Part shown: positions 1 through 13,800 of the stretch, piece by piece
Layout of the letters: each line of letters opens with the position of its first letter
Position numbering within the stretch: position 1 is the first letter of the stretch
NCBI GenBank assembly: GCA_964035545.1
Contig: OZ037765.1
Span: 1,674,001-1,738,000 of the forward strand
Direction: 5' to 3'
From: Bugula neritina
Taxonomy: Eukaryota > Animalia > Bryozoa
DNA length: 64,000 nucleotides
Translations under genes and position numbers: made by a program
The notes under the pieces: model-generated
Databases searched by the model: none
Told to the model about the DNA's origin: nothing
The model's input: the letters and a program-made list of their open reading frames with translations, nothing else

Positions 1-1667
1 TGTGAAGCATTATATATCATATATAAAAAATTAAACCCTCTTTGAAGTTATTTTTTTCATGTAAAATAACTGAAAGCATCAATACGTCAATATTTGATTT
101 AATTGTTAAAAAATTATAGCATTTATAGTATTTTTACTATTAGTCAATAATATTTTTAATTGATTATTTAATTAAAATTACTATATTTTAGTGTGGGTGT
201 TACTTTGAAGGTGGAAATATTGCTGGAGATGATGCATAATATTTATAACAACTGATAATAACCCCTGTAACAGTCATAAGTCATAACACCTGATCCAACC
301 TGTAGGAAAACTCCAAGTAATAAGAAACAAATAATGCAGTAAAATAAACTGTATTGATTTTAGTTTCAAAGCCAACTTATAATTTGTTGGATTCCCATTC
401 TATTTTCTGAAGAATGGTTTTGGCTAACGACTCAGGTGCTACATCACTATGTTTGGGGAAGTGTTAGTAACTGTAACTAACATTATCAGTATAACTATAA
501 TTTATAGGGCATACAGATAATTAATGGACAAACATCCACATTTCCAAGTTGTTATCACAATATATGGTGCTGTAAATACCCTTCAGTGTACACAAGTAAA
601 AATTTACCCATCAATACTAATGAAGTGTGGTGGAAGGGAAGCATAACTACAAACAGACAAAAATCTCTGCACGCTTGTCATACCTGAAGTTGACATTGTT
701 TTTGTATATTTTGTAAATATATTTTGTTTAAGGTCTTTAGATTAGGAACTAAAGTACTGCTAATTCTCTAAATTGACATTTTAATATCAAATATTATTTT
801 TAAATTATATGGTGAAGTCAATTGCGATATTTAAGAAAATTTCATAGAATATTCCATATACGCTGTACTTTATATTTTCTTGAAAAAGCCAAAATCAAGA
901 TTCTGCGCTTTACAGCCTCTTTTACATCATGTCAAGGTTAGGCGCACTTACTGTGTTGAGCTAATAAAATGTTTATAGCACCTGAAGGTATGCCCAGTTG
1001 GTTTTGACGATTGTTTAGGCATGTCTTAAGTTCACTGCAGATTGAACTGGCAGGATTATGAGCTTTTCCAAGAATGTAAGCTGAGGCTGTCTGTTGTTTA
1101 AACAATTTGGTTTTGTTGTTCCTTAATTACATTACAAGCAACTCAACTTACTGTCTTTTATATCCAGGAAATATCCAGGAACTTTGTTGAATTTATACAG
1201 TTAAATAGTAATAACAGTAACAGCAGTAATAGCAGTATCAATAGTTATGGTTATACTCACAATTATAGCTATATAGATATATAGATATAAAAATTGTTAT
1301 AGCAATAAAATTTGAATTTGTACAGTAGGCTATGTTTAATGTTATTTAGCAACCAATATATATTTAATTTTTGGACTATTATAGTTTTGCGTTGGTTTAA
1401 TAAATTGCCTTTATAGTAGAAAAAACATCTTTTAGACATATTTGTGTGAAAAATGATTTAATTCAATTAATTTAATTGTACATCCATAAAGGATCAATGC
1501 TCATTTAAATTTAATCAAAGATTGAATTAATTTTTTCTCCAATTCGCAAAATTTAAAATCTTGAATTTTAATTTTAACAGTTTTGACAATTTACGACTGC
1601 TTGCTAATAGGAGTTGTCTCATGATAGCTGGCGAGTTTGCAGGCTGACCTTGAACTCTGTGTTTTAG

Positions 1668-1826
1668 CTGCTGCACCTGAAGAGCAACAAGTATCTCACA
1701 GTGAACAAGAGACTGCCAGCTCAGTTAGAGAAGAATGCTATGAAAGTAACTCTGGACATGGCGGGAGATGAGGGCTCCTGGTTCTACATCCTCCCCTTCT
1801 ACAAGCTCAGAGTGACTGGTGACAAG
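1668..1826 (+). CDS. ITPR: ITPR exon 1 of window (suppressor domain)
   Basis: ttttag|[21 protein letters not shown]|gtgggt. Confidence 0.95.
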
Positions 1827-4800
1827 GTGGGTCAGAACTTAGTCTATGCTTTATAGTGATACTAGGGCTAGGGCCATTTACATATGAATGTAATTTATTA
1901 GAATTACATGAAAATTTGTCCATTATAAATACAGTTATTATTACAGTTAAAAATGAGTGTAATTTATTACATTTACATAATAATTTACTCAATTACAATT
2001 ACAATTTTATTTATCAATTACAAACTACATTCAATTACCTTAAAAAGATTAAATTATTACAACCAATACAAATTACAACTACATCAAACCTAAGTGCCTT
2101 TTATCAGATACTTCATATAACAGACTGGAAATTTTAAAACCATTTAACTGTATGTTCCAAAATACAGAATATATAAGTGACAGCCTTTGTGGTACTTGAA
2201 TTAAAACTTTGTAAGGAGTTACATGCCCTTGGCTGTGACTGCAGGTGGTGGTAGGTGACAAAGTGACCTTAAACCCTGTGAATGCGGGCCAACCTCTGCA
2301 CGCTAGTAACTATGAGTTGGTGGACAACCCGGGATGTAAGGAGGTGAATGCTGTCAACTGTAACACCAGTTGGAAGATTGTTCTCTTCATGGACTACAAG
2401 GTAGGGCTGTGTAGGGGGAATACTCTGTATGTACAATATGAATCGGACTAACCTATCAACTGAGGCTGTAATGTGACCAGCTTTATAGTTGACATGGATT
2501 CTAGTAAACAAGTTCTTGCAGATGCTATGAAATCATTTAGAAAGGGCAAAAATCGTTTGAAACTTTTATATGCGAAAAAGATTTAATTTTAGATAGTCAT
2601 TTACACTGTTTTTACAACATAAGAACTGCTAAAAGTAGCCCAGTATATTTCCTTTACAATTCTAAGCTGAATTTTTAAATTGGTAAAGCATCAAATGAAA
2701 GGTGGAAATGGACTTATATTTTTTTTCTTAAAATATTGATTTCTCAACATATGATAGACAGAGCTTGAGTGTGGCAGGCGTGAGCAATTGAGAACATATT
2801 TTATTCATAAGATGTCGTATTGAGTCAAGTAGTGTAACCATTCTGTAGGTAAATACATTTATGATCTTTCTAGTCTCCTAACTGAATAATATAATACCCA
2901 GTCTACTACGCGTGACTCTTGCAGACGTTCACTCCGTCTACAAGCATGACATGGTCTTGAATCACTGCACAGTTCATTGCTCTTGACTATCCATTGCGGA
3001 GAAATCTTTGTCTTACCCCACTAGTGACTGGTCATTTAAAGTTGCATTAAAATAAACCACCAACACGTGATCAACAGGAGTTGATTAGAGCAGCCGTAGC
3101 CATGTAGCCATTCAATCGAGACTGGCGCCTGTGACAGCTGCAGTAATTAATTGGCTGGCTGGGAGTTCCCCGATTATGTAACTTCCTTTGTAAAGACAGC
3201 AGATATCAATAATGGTGGACATGACCGCAATTCCTGCTTCAAAGCTTGATTTGAACCGAAGTTGTTTAAAACCTAAATTGGCATCGGTGTTTGGAATTAG
3301 GAGTTTTCCTTTCATTATCACAAAATCTTGATATTCTGCAGCAAAAGCTTATTTCTGATAAATTCAGAACATAGCTGATCTAGTTCCAATAATAGCCTGT
3401 ACTTTTAATCATTATAAGTCATAATTGCTATTAGGCTGAAATGTTGTTTATAGTAAAAGATAAAAACTACCTGCAGAAGAAATTCTATTTATATTTAATT
3501 TATGATATTTGTAGCGGTTTGAGCTAATCAGGTAGAGGACAACTCCAAGTTTTTGTTTCATTTTCTTTTAAATTTTTGATTGAATACAGTCCATGAGTAT
3601 TTTTTACCTACCCTATTTTATTGTTTAGTTTTACTTATGAAAACCCGTTGGTTTGTTTATTTGTACTAAGTTGAACTAACAATTTTTGTTTTACCAGTCA
3701 GTTTTGGTCAAAAACCTAAATAGTTGTTTGTCTACTAGCAATTTGTAGCAATGTTTGAAACTTAGCCTAAGTATTTCATTATTCAGGAAAATCAGGATGA
3801 TATCCTGAAAGGTGGGGACGTGGTGCGCCTGTTTCATGCAGAACAGGAGAAGTTCCTAACATGTGAGGAGTACAGGAAGAAGCAGTATTTGTTTCTCAGG
3901 ACCACAGGCCGGTCTTCTGCAACTTCTGCAACCAGTAGCCATGCATTGTGGGAAGTCGAGGTTTGTTGTTTCCTGTGCCGTCATTGGACCAGTTGTGTTG
4001 TTACTTCATAAGTGTGTTGCTATAATACTGTATATTGTATTACAGTATTATTGTATATTGTATTACAGTATTATTGTATATTGTATTACAGTATTATTGT
4101 ATATTGTATTACAGTATTATTGTATATTGTATTACAGTAATATTGTATATTGTATTACAGTAATATTGTATATTGTATTACAGTAATATTGTATATTGTA
4201 TTACAGTATTATTGTAATACTGAAAGGCTACATTTGAATATTGCAGAATGAGCTTTGATTTAAGCAAATGTATGCTTTCAGCTGGTAAATCTATACATTT
4301 TTTCAACCTCTTAGTTTTTATTTTTAGTTTGAAAACGTTTATTTAGGTTTATCTTCTCTTTAGATGTGTTGAAACACCAAAATAAATTATTTTATATCCT
4401 TGTTCTACGATGCTAGCTTAAAACCTTTATTAAAGTTTAGTCAACCACATAGAGTTGTACAATAAAGTTAGTAAATTTGGAGCCAAAAATGCCATCGTTT
4501 TAGCTAGTGCAAACTTTTTGAAATTGGAAAATCATAGATTATCAGATTTATGTAGCATTGAATTCATCAAGGACTAATTAGGATCTAGTATTCTTCATTT
4601 TAAGTCTAGAAACTTGATTTGCTTTTATTGAAATATATTTGGAACATCAAAAAGTATATTTGTAGTTATTATTTCTATCCCAGGAGTTGTCTTCTACTAT
4701 GTATTTTACCTTCTGTAGGTAGTTCAACATGACCCTTGTAGACAAGGCTCCGCCCACTGGAATAGTCTTCTCAGGTTTAAGCATTTGGCAACTGGCCAAT

Positions 4801-7800
4801 ACTTAGCAGCAGAGATTGACAATGACACTAGACCAGATTCTATGAGGGACAAACTGCGGGGCCCTGCTAATACCCCCGTCTACACACTTGTGCCAGTAAA
4901 TTTCTCATAGTCTTACTTAGTCTAGTAAAAATTCTTGCATGGTTTTATATTTTTAACAAAGTTGTTATGTTATAAACTATAGAGGTATAGTTATTATAAC
5001 ATGCAGTTCACTTTATCTAACATGTTAGTTAATTTTGTTGCAAAACTATTGATGCTTTTAAATGTTTTATTGGAAAAATAATTCGTAGGTGACTTTATTG
5101 GCAGGTTCCACATGGCCATGACATAGCCTCAATATTTGAGTTAGACCCGACTACGATGACTCGGGGCGATAGTCTGGTGCCCCGATCTTCCTACGTGAGA
5201 CTCCGTCACCTCTGCACCAACACTTGGGTTCATTCCACGTCCTTAGCCATAGACGTTGATGACGAGAAGCCAATCATGAATAAGGTAGCTGTTTGCTACT
5301 TGTTTACATGTATATATCTGTTTGTTTACCTGTTTACTTGTTTTCCTGTTTATCACGCTGAGCGCTTGATTACCAGAAATAAGTCTTTGTTATTTCATGG
5401 TGACTTGGAATGTAATTTTGCTCATATTCAAGTCAAACTGAAAAATTGCTTGCACCAGCTATTTGAAAGGTCGTTTCTAACACTTGGAATTTTTCGTTTC
5501 CTCGAAAAGCTTGAAATTTCTACTCAAAGTTTAGTGCGAAAGTAATAAACATTCTACAATATAAGTGAGATGAATTTATTGAGCTCTATCCTACATTGTA
5601 GACTGTATTTGTGTGATTCACACACTATTATGTTATATACATATAAATTCAATAAATTGTCAATAGGTATTCGTGTTCATCCTCAGAAAACCCCTAAGTA
5701 TCGGAACATGATTTTGTGAGATGTCGACAGGTTGCCAAAATATAAGTTCTTACTTTGCTTAGTGCTTTCCTGTCAGCCATAACTCTTTCTATACGACATC
5801 AACTGTTGCACAGGTCGGCTGCGCTTCTATCAAGGAAGACAAGGAGGCATTTGCTATTGTCCCCGTCTCTCCACAGGAAGTGAGAGATCTAGACTTTGCT
5901 AACGACGCCAGCAAGAAACTCGGGGATATCGCCGGCAAATTAGAGCAAGGCTCTATTTCTCCGAATGAAAAGAGGTTAGTTTGGTTGAACAGAATAAGTC
6001 GCTGTGTCTTTCTGAATGTCCCGGGAATTGTTTAATAGAAGTTGACATGACAAGAAAGCATCAACTATAAAGATATGTTCCTAATCAACTCCCGCGTCTC
6101 TTTTTAAGAGGATTTTTGCCCCTCGTTTTCAACCTGCTGTACCAGAGACCCCCTCTCTCCAGTAAAGCAGCTCTTAACAAATTGTTGTTTGTTTTGTTGT
6201 TATCAGACCCTACCCAGGTGCTGCCACAAGATTTGAAAGGTCAGCAGCATGAATTTGGACCGTTTTTGTGTTTTTCAATGAAGCTTCCAACCATGCTTGT
6301 TAACATAAGAGAACTGTGGTGTCTATTTTGATGTGTGTGAGAAATGCATGAAACTAAAATCCTTGTTTGCGAGATAAGTTGTTGAACTATACATGTATTT
6401 GAGTGAACTGCAGCTTTACATCTTTACGTGTGCTGCCATCTGCTCAGTGTTTCTCATGAGAAGCACTGAGCAGATTGAACATGTTGCTTTCTCATAAATA
6501 ACCTAAAATTAAAAGGTTTAACTAGCGTGGCACACATGCTTTTATAAAATGTATAAAAAAATACATTGTACGTTTTTTTTCTTATTTCCTGGTGCAATGC
6601 ATGTTGTTTTATCAGATAAAACGAACAAATTTTGTCCATTTTGTCTCTAGAATTTGCACTTGTTTGCTGGAACCAGTCTCCTGGAACTATATTATTATTA
6701 TACACAAATCATAGTTGATTTTATCTCTCTGACACCATTATTTTATACACTCTAGTTTTGCTCAATTTACACGGTACAGTACTCTTGCCACTATAGTGTA
6801 TTATTGTGCCTCTATATGTTACTATTATTTGGTTCTTCTACTAACACCTGCCTGTCATAATATAACGTCTCGTTGTGAATAAACTCTAACTAATACTCTG
6901 CACTCAAGTTCTGCTCTATTCTTACTCAGTAGCTGCTGTGCTCTTTTATATTTGACAGCAATTTGAAGAGGTAGGTGCAGTAATGGAGAATGGGAGATAG
7001 GCCTGTGTTCTAAATTAGAAATGCAGCAAAAGAAGTTAGGTTCTCTTGAAACGTGAAACCAAAATTTAATAAAAAAAAGAACTTGGGTTATTAAAATTTC
7101 TCCGCTATTGCACCTACATGACTTTTACTCAAGTTTATTCCCCTCTTGTTTGCTTGATGATGAGTTACGAGTATGAATGTGAGGTGAGGTAAGCTGAGTG
7201 ATTGAAGATCAGCGAGTCAGTGTCAGTGAGTAAATGTGTAAGATGCACTGAATCAACTTAATTTGAAGATGTTTAATCATCTGCAAAGGAAACAGTATTC
7301 TAACTGAGTGCACCATTCGATGTCAAATTATATAGTTTTTTAGACATGTTTGTCTACCTAGATTGTAACATCAATATTTACAGTAAACAAAATAATATCT
7401 TGGTTAAAGCCTGTTGATTTGCTAGCTTTTCAACAGCATAACAAATGTTTTCACAGTTTTAGTATATTTTATATTGAATTAATTTCTTTTGGCTTGGTGT
7501 GTCTGTGTGTGTGAAAGAAAAACACAACGGACAGCTCATAAAAACTGTCAAAAGTGTACAACTCCAATATTATACATGCCCTCCCAATGTTTTAGAATTT
7601 AGAGTTTTTAACTCTACCAGTCCTAATTGCTGTAATAGTTGAGTTTCAGCTGCTGGGCATAAGTAGACAACTTCTTATTCTTTCGCACACAGGCTAATTA
7701 TGATTAGTATATTTGTTGTAGTATTATTATTTGCTATTAGTTCAGCCCATAGTAAAAAATCTGTCAGTTCTGTAAACTCCAGTGCAGTTATTAACCAGCC

Positions 7801-10800
7801 TTCAAGTATAAAATATTTATAATTTCATCTGTGTGTTTATAAGCTAACCCAGTTGCAGTGATTATTCTGTGACCTATATACAAACTGTAATCTTACTGTT
7901 GTAAAGATACATTGTGAGGTGTGCTGCATGTTTGAATGCATTACGTACATCCTAACCAATTGTTAACTACCTTTCCATGATGAAATTTTAATGTAGGCAT
8001 TTTCTTCTCCCACTGAGCAAAGTTCTGCTCTAAAGATAGCAATGTAATTGGGAGTTTTTCTATCTTTGTATATGTGCAATATTCTGGAGTAGATAACTCC
8101 CATTCAACATGCTAGCTTGATGTGAAAAGGTTTATCAAATTTAGTGTTATTTTTTACAAGAGTTTACTCATAACTTTATATTACTCATGTCATATATTAC
8201 TTATAGCCATATATTACTCATAGTCATATATTAAACTCATAGTCATATATTACTCCTAGTCATATATTAAACTCATAGTCATATATTACTCCTAGTCATA
8301 TATTAAACTCACAATTATGTAATTCCCTGCGCAGGTTTGTTACACAACTACTAAAGAAGATTATATTCTTTGTTGGAGATGACCAGTACAATGGGGAGGG
8401 TAAGCACGGCGACCCTCTGGAAATGGACTTTGTTATTAAGGATCGGGAGAGGCAGAAACTTCTCAGAGAGCAGCATATCCTCAAACAGGTTGTTTATTTA
8501 TAACCTCAAACCAAAAAAGCGCTTTTAAGTTTATGAATTATTATTTAGTAGCAAATTTTTCAAATTTTTTTTGTAAAGTTCCTTAACTTGTGTCTTTAAA
8601 CAAAAATTCAAAGTTTTGTTCAATCTTTACCTTGTACATGTTTAGGTAAATTTCCCATAACATGTTTATTGAGTTTGATGGCATCTATTATTTTAACTTG
8701 ACTTTTGTGTTGATTGACTGAAAATGAACCTTTTCACTGCAAATAAATATTTATTTAAATATTTAATTTCATTTAAACCTTTTGACTGCAAATTTACTCA
8801 GCTTGCCATAATTATGAGTTCTGGACTTGAATTCCTTTCTCTGCATTTTTATTTTTCTCACTAATGAATGACAATTTAATTACATCATACATAATAATAC
8901 CTATTCATGTTACCTATGAATACAACGAGTATCTGTGTCCATAGATATTCAAGATACTACAAGCACCGTTCCAGGACCATGGTGAGGGTTCCATGTTGAG
9001 TATGGAGGATCTGGCAGACCAGAGACACCGACCCTTTAGACACATCTGCCAACTCTGTTACAGAGTGCTCAAGCTATCCCAGGTAACCATGGTAACCTTG
9101 GAAAACAAATCAACTGTGTTTGAAAAAAAAATCTTTTATGAAAGACTTCAGTTTATGCATTTTTATCATTCAAATTATTTTTATTTTTTAAATATTTTTT
9201 TTAGTTTTACTATTTTAGTATTTTTATAAATGTGTGTTATGAGTTGTAAAGTGCTGCTCTATAGGCCTTAGTGAGACATCATTTACAAAAAGTAGTCCAA
9301 GCGAGTGATCACAACATACTTGCTCACTACCTCGGCTGCGTGAAGAGTATTTTTAGTTGATCAGTTGGTTTGTGACGTCAGGTATTCCAAACTCAATTAA
9401 CCTACTAGTTCAGCTAGGCAAGAATAGTTCACATTCTGGCTGTATACAAGTCAACAAATAGTGTGTATAAGACTAATTAAAATGAAATGCTAGTAGTTTA
9501 TTGCTTGATAACAAAATTGGAATAAGTTATCTATAGGTTTTATAATTAGCTTGTGGAATAGTCCTTTCAGAAGTGGTTGCTGATTGGCTGATTTAATGAT
9601 GTCGTCTGTAACTCAGGAGACAGCGTGGGTGGCTGCCAACAAACACAGTGTCTGCCAACACTGATAAATTTACTGTATATATCGTAAGGCTTTGGTTGTG
9701 TCATCAAAATTTCAGATTTTCAGAGTATTATTGAAATCATCTGGTCACCATTTCGGCTCATTTTTCTTTTCAGTAGTTTAATTAGAGTTTGTATTTTATA
9801 TTTTTATTCAACTGCTTTTTACTAGTGAATTTTTTACACATGTTACTCGTTTATTAACAAATCTCTTTCCATGTCTAAATAAATGTGTTCTTATGGTCAT
9901 TGTATTTAGACATCTTCACCATTACATTATATTTTGCAACTAGATTATGCTATTCATAACCGTGTTACGCTAGATATCGAATAATAAATATGTTGGACAA
10001 CATAATGCACTATATTTGATATATTTTATTATTCGTAATAAATCATACTGTATTAAATTATATGTATTATATTTCACTATAATTATTATATTATATCTTA
10101 TATATGCTATATTTTATTATATTGTATAATAATATATTGTTTGTAATGTTAGGTTGGATACCGGAAAAACCAAGAGACAATAGCCAAGTGGTTTCCATTC
10201 ATGCAGAAGCAGATCGGTTACGACGTTCTGGCAGAAGACACCATCACGGCGCTACTCCATGATAACAGGAAGTTGCTGGAGAAACACATCACAGCTTCGG
10301 AAATTGAAACCTTTGTAAATCTGGTCAGGAAAAACAGAGAATGCCGGTGAGATGAAAATTTTATCACAATTTCACAATATTTTTTGTATTTCAATAATAC
10401 ACAGTTACTGCTGTCATGTTACCTCACAGAGGTGGGGTTACTTTACTCTACCATAATTTCGTATTGTAATCATACACAGTGGTCCACATTACTTCTAGAG
10501 AAATACTTTAGAGATAATCTATTTCTGTAATACTTCTGTAATCTACGACAATGTCTAGGAATGCTCTATGATCTCTAAAGTGTTTCTATAATCTACAGCG
10601 CTGTCTAGGAATAATTTGTCTATAAAGTATTTCTACTATCTATGATACTGTCTAGAAATTCTCTACAATCTACTGAAATACAGCACTTCATGTGACACAG
10701 TAGAACTATTCTATCACATATTCTCTAATTCTGCAGATTCCTGGAGTACCTCTCGGATCTGTGTGTCTCCAACAACCAGGCTATTCCCATCACCCAGGAG

Positions 10801-13800
10801 CTGATCTGTAAATCTGTGCTCAGTGACAAGAATGCAGACATTCTCATAGTAACCAGGTGAGTGCCAACTCTCTCTTTCCTTCTCTCTGTTTCCATAGTAA
10901 CCGCTCTCTCTCTTTCCTTCTCTCTGTTTCCATAGTAACCACTCTCTCTATCCTTCTGTCTGTTTCTATAGTAACCACTCTCTCTTTCCTTCTCTCTGTT
11001 TCCATAGTAACCACTCTCTCTCTATCCTTCTCTCTGTTTCCATAGTAACCACTCTCTCTCTCTCTATCCTTCTGTCTGTCTCCATAGTAACCACTCTCTC
11101 TCTCCTTCTCTCTGTTTCCATACTAACCACTCTCTCTCTATCCTTCTGTCTGTTTCCATAGTAACCACTCTCTCTCTCTATCCTTCTGTCTGTTTCCATA
11201 GTAACCACTCTCTCTCTCTATCCTTCTGTCTGTTTCCATAGTAACCACTCTCTCTCTCTATCCTCCTGTCTGTTTCCATAGTAACCACTCTCTCTCTATC
11301 CTTCTCTCTGTTTCCATAGTAACCACTCTCTCTATCCTTCTCTCTGTTTCCATAGTAACCACTCTCTCTCTCCTTCTGTCTGTTTCCATAGTAACCACTC
11401 TCTCTCTCTATCCTTCTGTCTGTCTCCATAGTAACCACTCTCTCTCTTTCCTTCTGTCTGTTTCCATAGTAACCGCTCTCTCTCTCCTTCTGTCTATTTC
11501 CATAGTAACCAAGTGAGCGCCGACTCTATTCCTTCTGTCTGTTTTCATAGTAACCACTCTCTCTATCCTTCTGTCTGTTTCTATAGTAACCTAGTAGAGC
11601 GCCAATGGCAAGTAACCTGTATAGTAACTCTGTGTGAGATGCTAAAAGATGATTCTGGAAGTGTCAAGATAGCTTCTCTCAGGAGTTGCCCTCTATTGAC
11701 TTATTTATGTATATTACAATTCTGTAACGTTATGCAGATTGATTGTACTTGTATGTTAGCAGCAATATAGTAACGCAGTAATGTAGCACTGCATTACCAC
11801 TGTACTGCAGTAATACAATGATGCAGTGATATAGTAATTTATGTAATGGAATAATGCAGTAATGCAGTAATGCAGTAATGTAATGGTGCATCACTGCATT
11901 ATTGTAATAATATAGTAATGTATTAATGCAGTAATGTAGTAATTTAGTAATGCAGTAATGTAGTAAGGTAATAATGTAAGTTGGTTACTGTAGACTAGTA
12001 AAGACAGAGGTTGAGGTGGAGATGGAGATAGAAGGGGTGGAGGAAGGAGAACCCCCTCGCATGGTGTTGACGACTGAAGAAGAGGAAGAAGTTGTCCTCT
12101 TCTGGCAGTGTGAGGAGAGAAGTAAACCAATCAGAGACTTGGCTATCGGCTACCAGGAGGGCCACCAGCAGGACAAGTCCATTCTAGATTACTACAGGTT
12201 AGTTTATAGATTACTACAGGTTAGTTTATAGATTACTATAGGTTAGTTTATAGATTACTACAGGTTAGTTTATATATTACTATAGGTTAGTTTATAGATG
12301 ATTGAATATACTATGGTCCCTATACATGTATTCATATGTACATACAGGTACCAGCTTGACCTCTTCTCTCACATGTGTCTGGACAGACAATACCTGGCCA
12401 TCAACTCTCTCTCCTCCCAGCTCAGTATTGACCTCATACTAAGGTGTATGTCTGACGATGTCCTACCCTGGGATCTGAGGGCAGCCTTCTGCAGGTACGG
12501 GTGGGCTCCTGGGCTCTTCTTGAACTATGTTGAAATTGTTAACTGTGTTGGCCTCTCCTGTTATTATAGAGCAGAGTGTTTCTGTTATCTTAATTTAATT
12601 TGTTTAAATTTAAGAAAATTCATTCAAGTAGTTACAAGAATTGCAATAGCATCGTTTCTTCGCTGACCTTTATTGAGAGAGCCCCAGGTGAATTGTTTTT
12701 TCCTTGTTGTTTTTAAGTAACTTATTGTGCATGAAGTTATAGGTCTATCATATGTAAAATAATTCTTTCACAGTATGCTACATCTATACTCTTGCTAAAC
12801 ATATATATACTATCCTCATAAATTATATGTTATACCCACAGATACTATACTATACCCATGTGCATATAATATAATGTATACTAACAAGTTGCATAAAACA
12901 GATGCTTTTGGTTGTCAAATATTGGATTTTAACGTATAATTCCTGTGTCTAGGTTGATGCTGCACATGCACGTAGACAGAGATCCTCAAGAGAATGTAAC
13001 TCCAGTCAAGTACGCGAGGTTGTGGAGTGAGATACCCTCCCACATCTCTATAAAGGAGTAAGTCTTTAGCTCGGCAACTATTATTTTCAATTCTTTGTGA
13101 TTACAAATTTTGATATATCTACTGTTGGTTTTGTTTCTATTTCATCGTCTTCAATGTTTGACTTTAGGTTCCGCGGCCTAGGGTAGGATAGTCGTACTCT
13201 GTTTTGTGCTAGTCGTTGCTATTTTGGCACCAGAGTTCTGTTTATTATTTTGTTTTTGTGGTATGTGATGTTTTAGCATTGTGCCTGTATTTTGACCAGG
13301 ATTGTGCTAAGTTTTATATTGTGACACTACATTACACAGCTGTTCACTTTTAGGTCAGATAACTGTTCTACTAGTAGGATTTTAAGTCAAATATTTGTTA
13401 AACAAAACCGAAATAATATCTCTCATTGGCTAGTATAGTTTTTCATTCATTTTTCTTCAAAATTTATATTTATTAGTTTAAGGAAAATTACATAGCGTCG
13501 ATTTTATTTATTTTACTTAATCACCCACTCACTCACTCACTCACTCACTCACTCACTCACTCACTCACTCACTCACTCACTCACTCACTCACTCACTCAC
13601 TCACTCCTTCACTCTTTCACTCTTTCACTCTTTCACTCAATTAAAATATATTTTTCTAATCTTTCTGTTATCCGTTGTATTACTCAACCATCTACATAAC
13701 TGTTGATCATTTTACAATTTACACCTTTACCTTCTTTGCATTGTATTTAGTCTATAATTAGTAGGCATTTGCAATGTTGCATGTCAATATGAGTTGAATA

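Noticed and set aside
10857-11770. ORFs with [13 protein letters not shown]-type repeats
   Set aside because: Translations of the intronic minisatellite.
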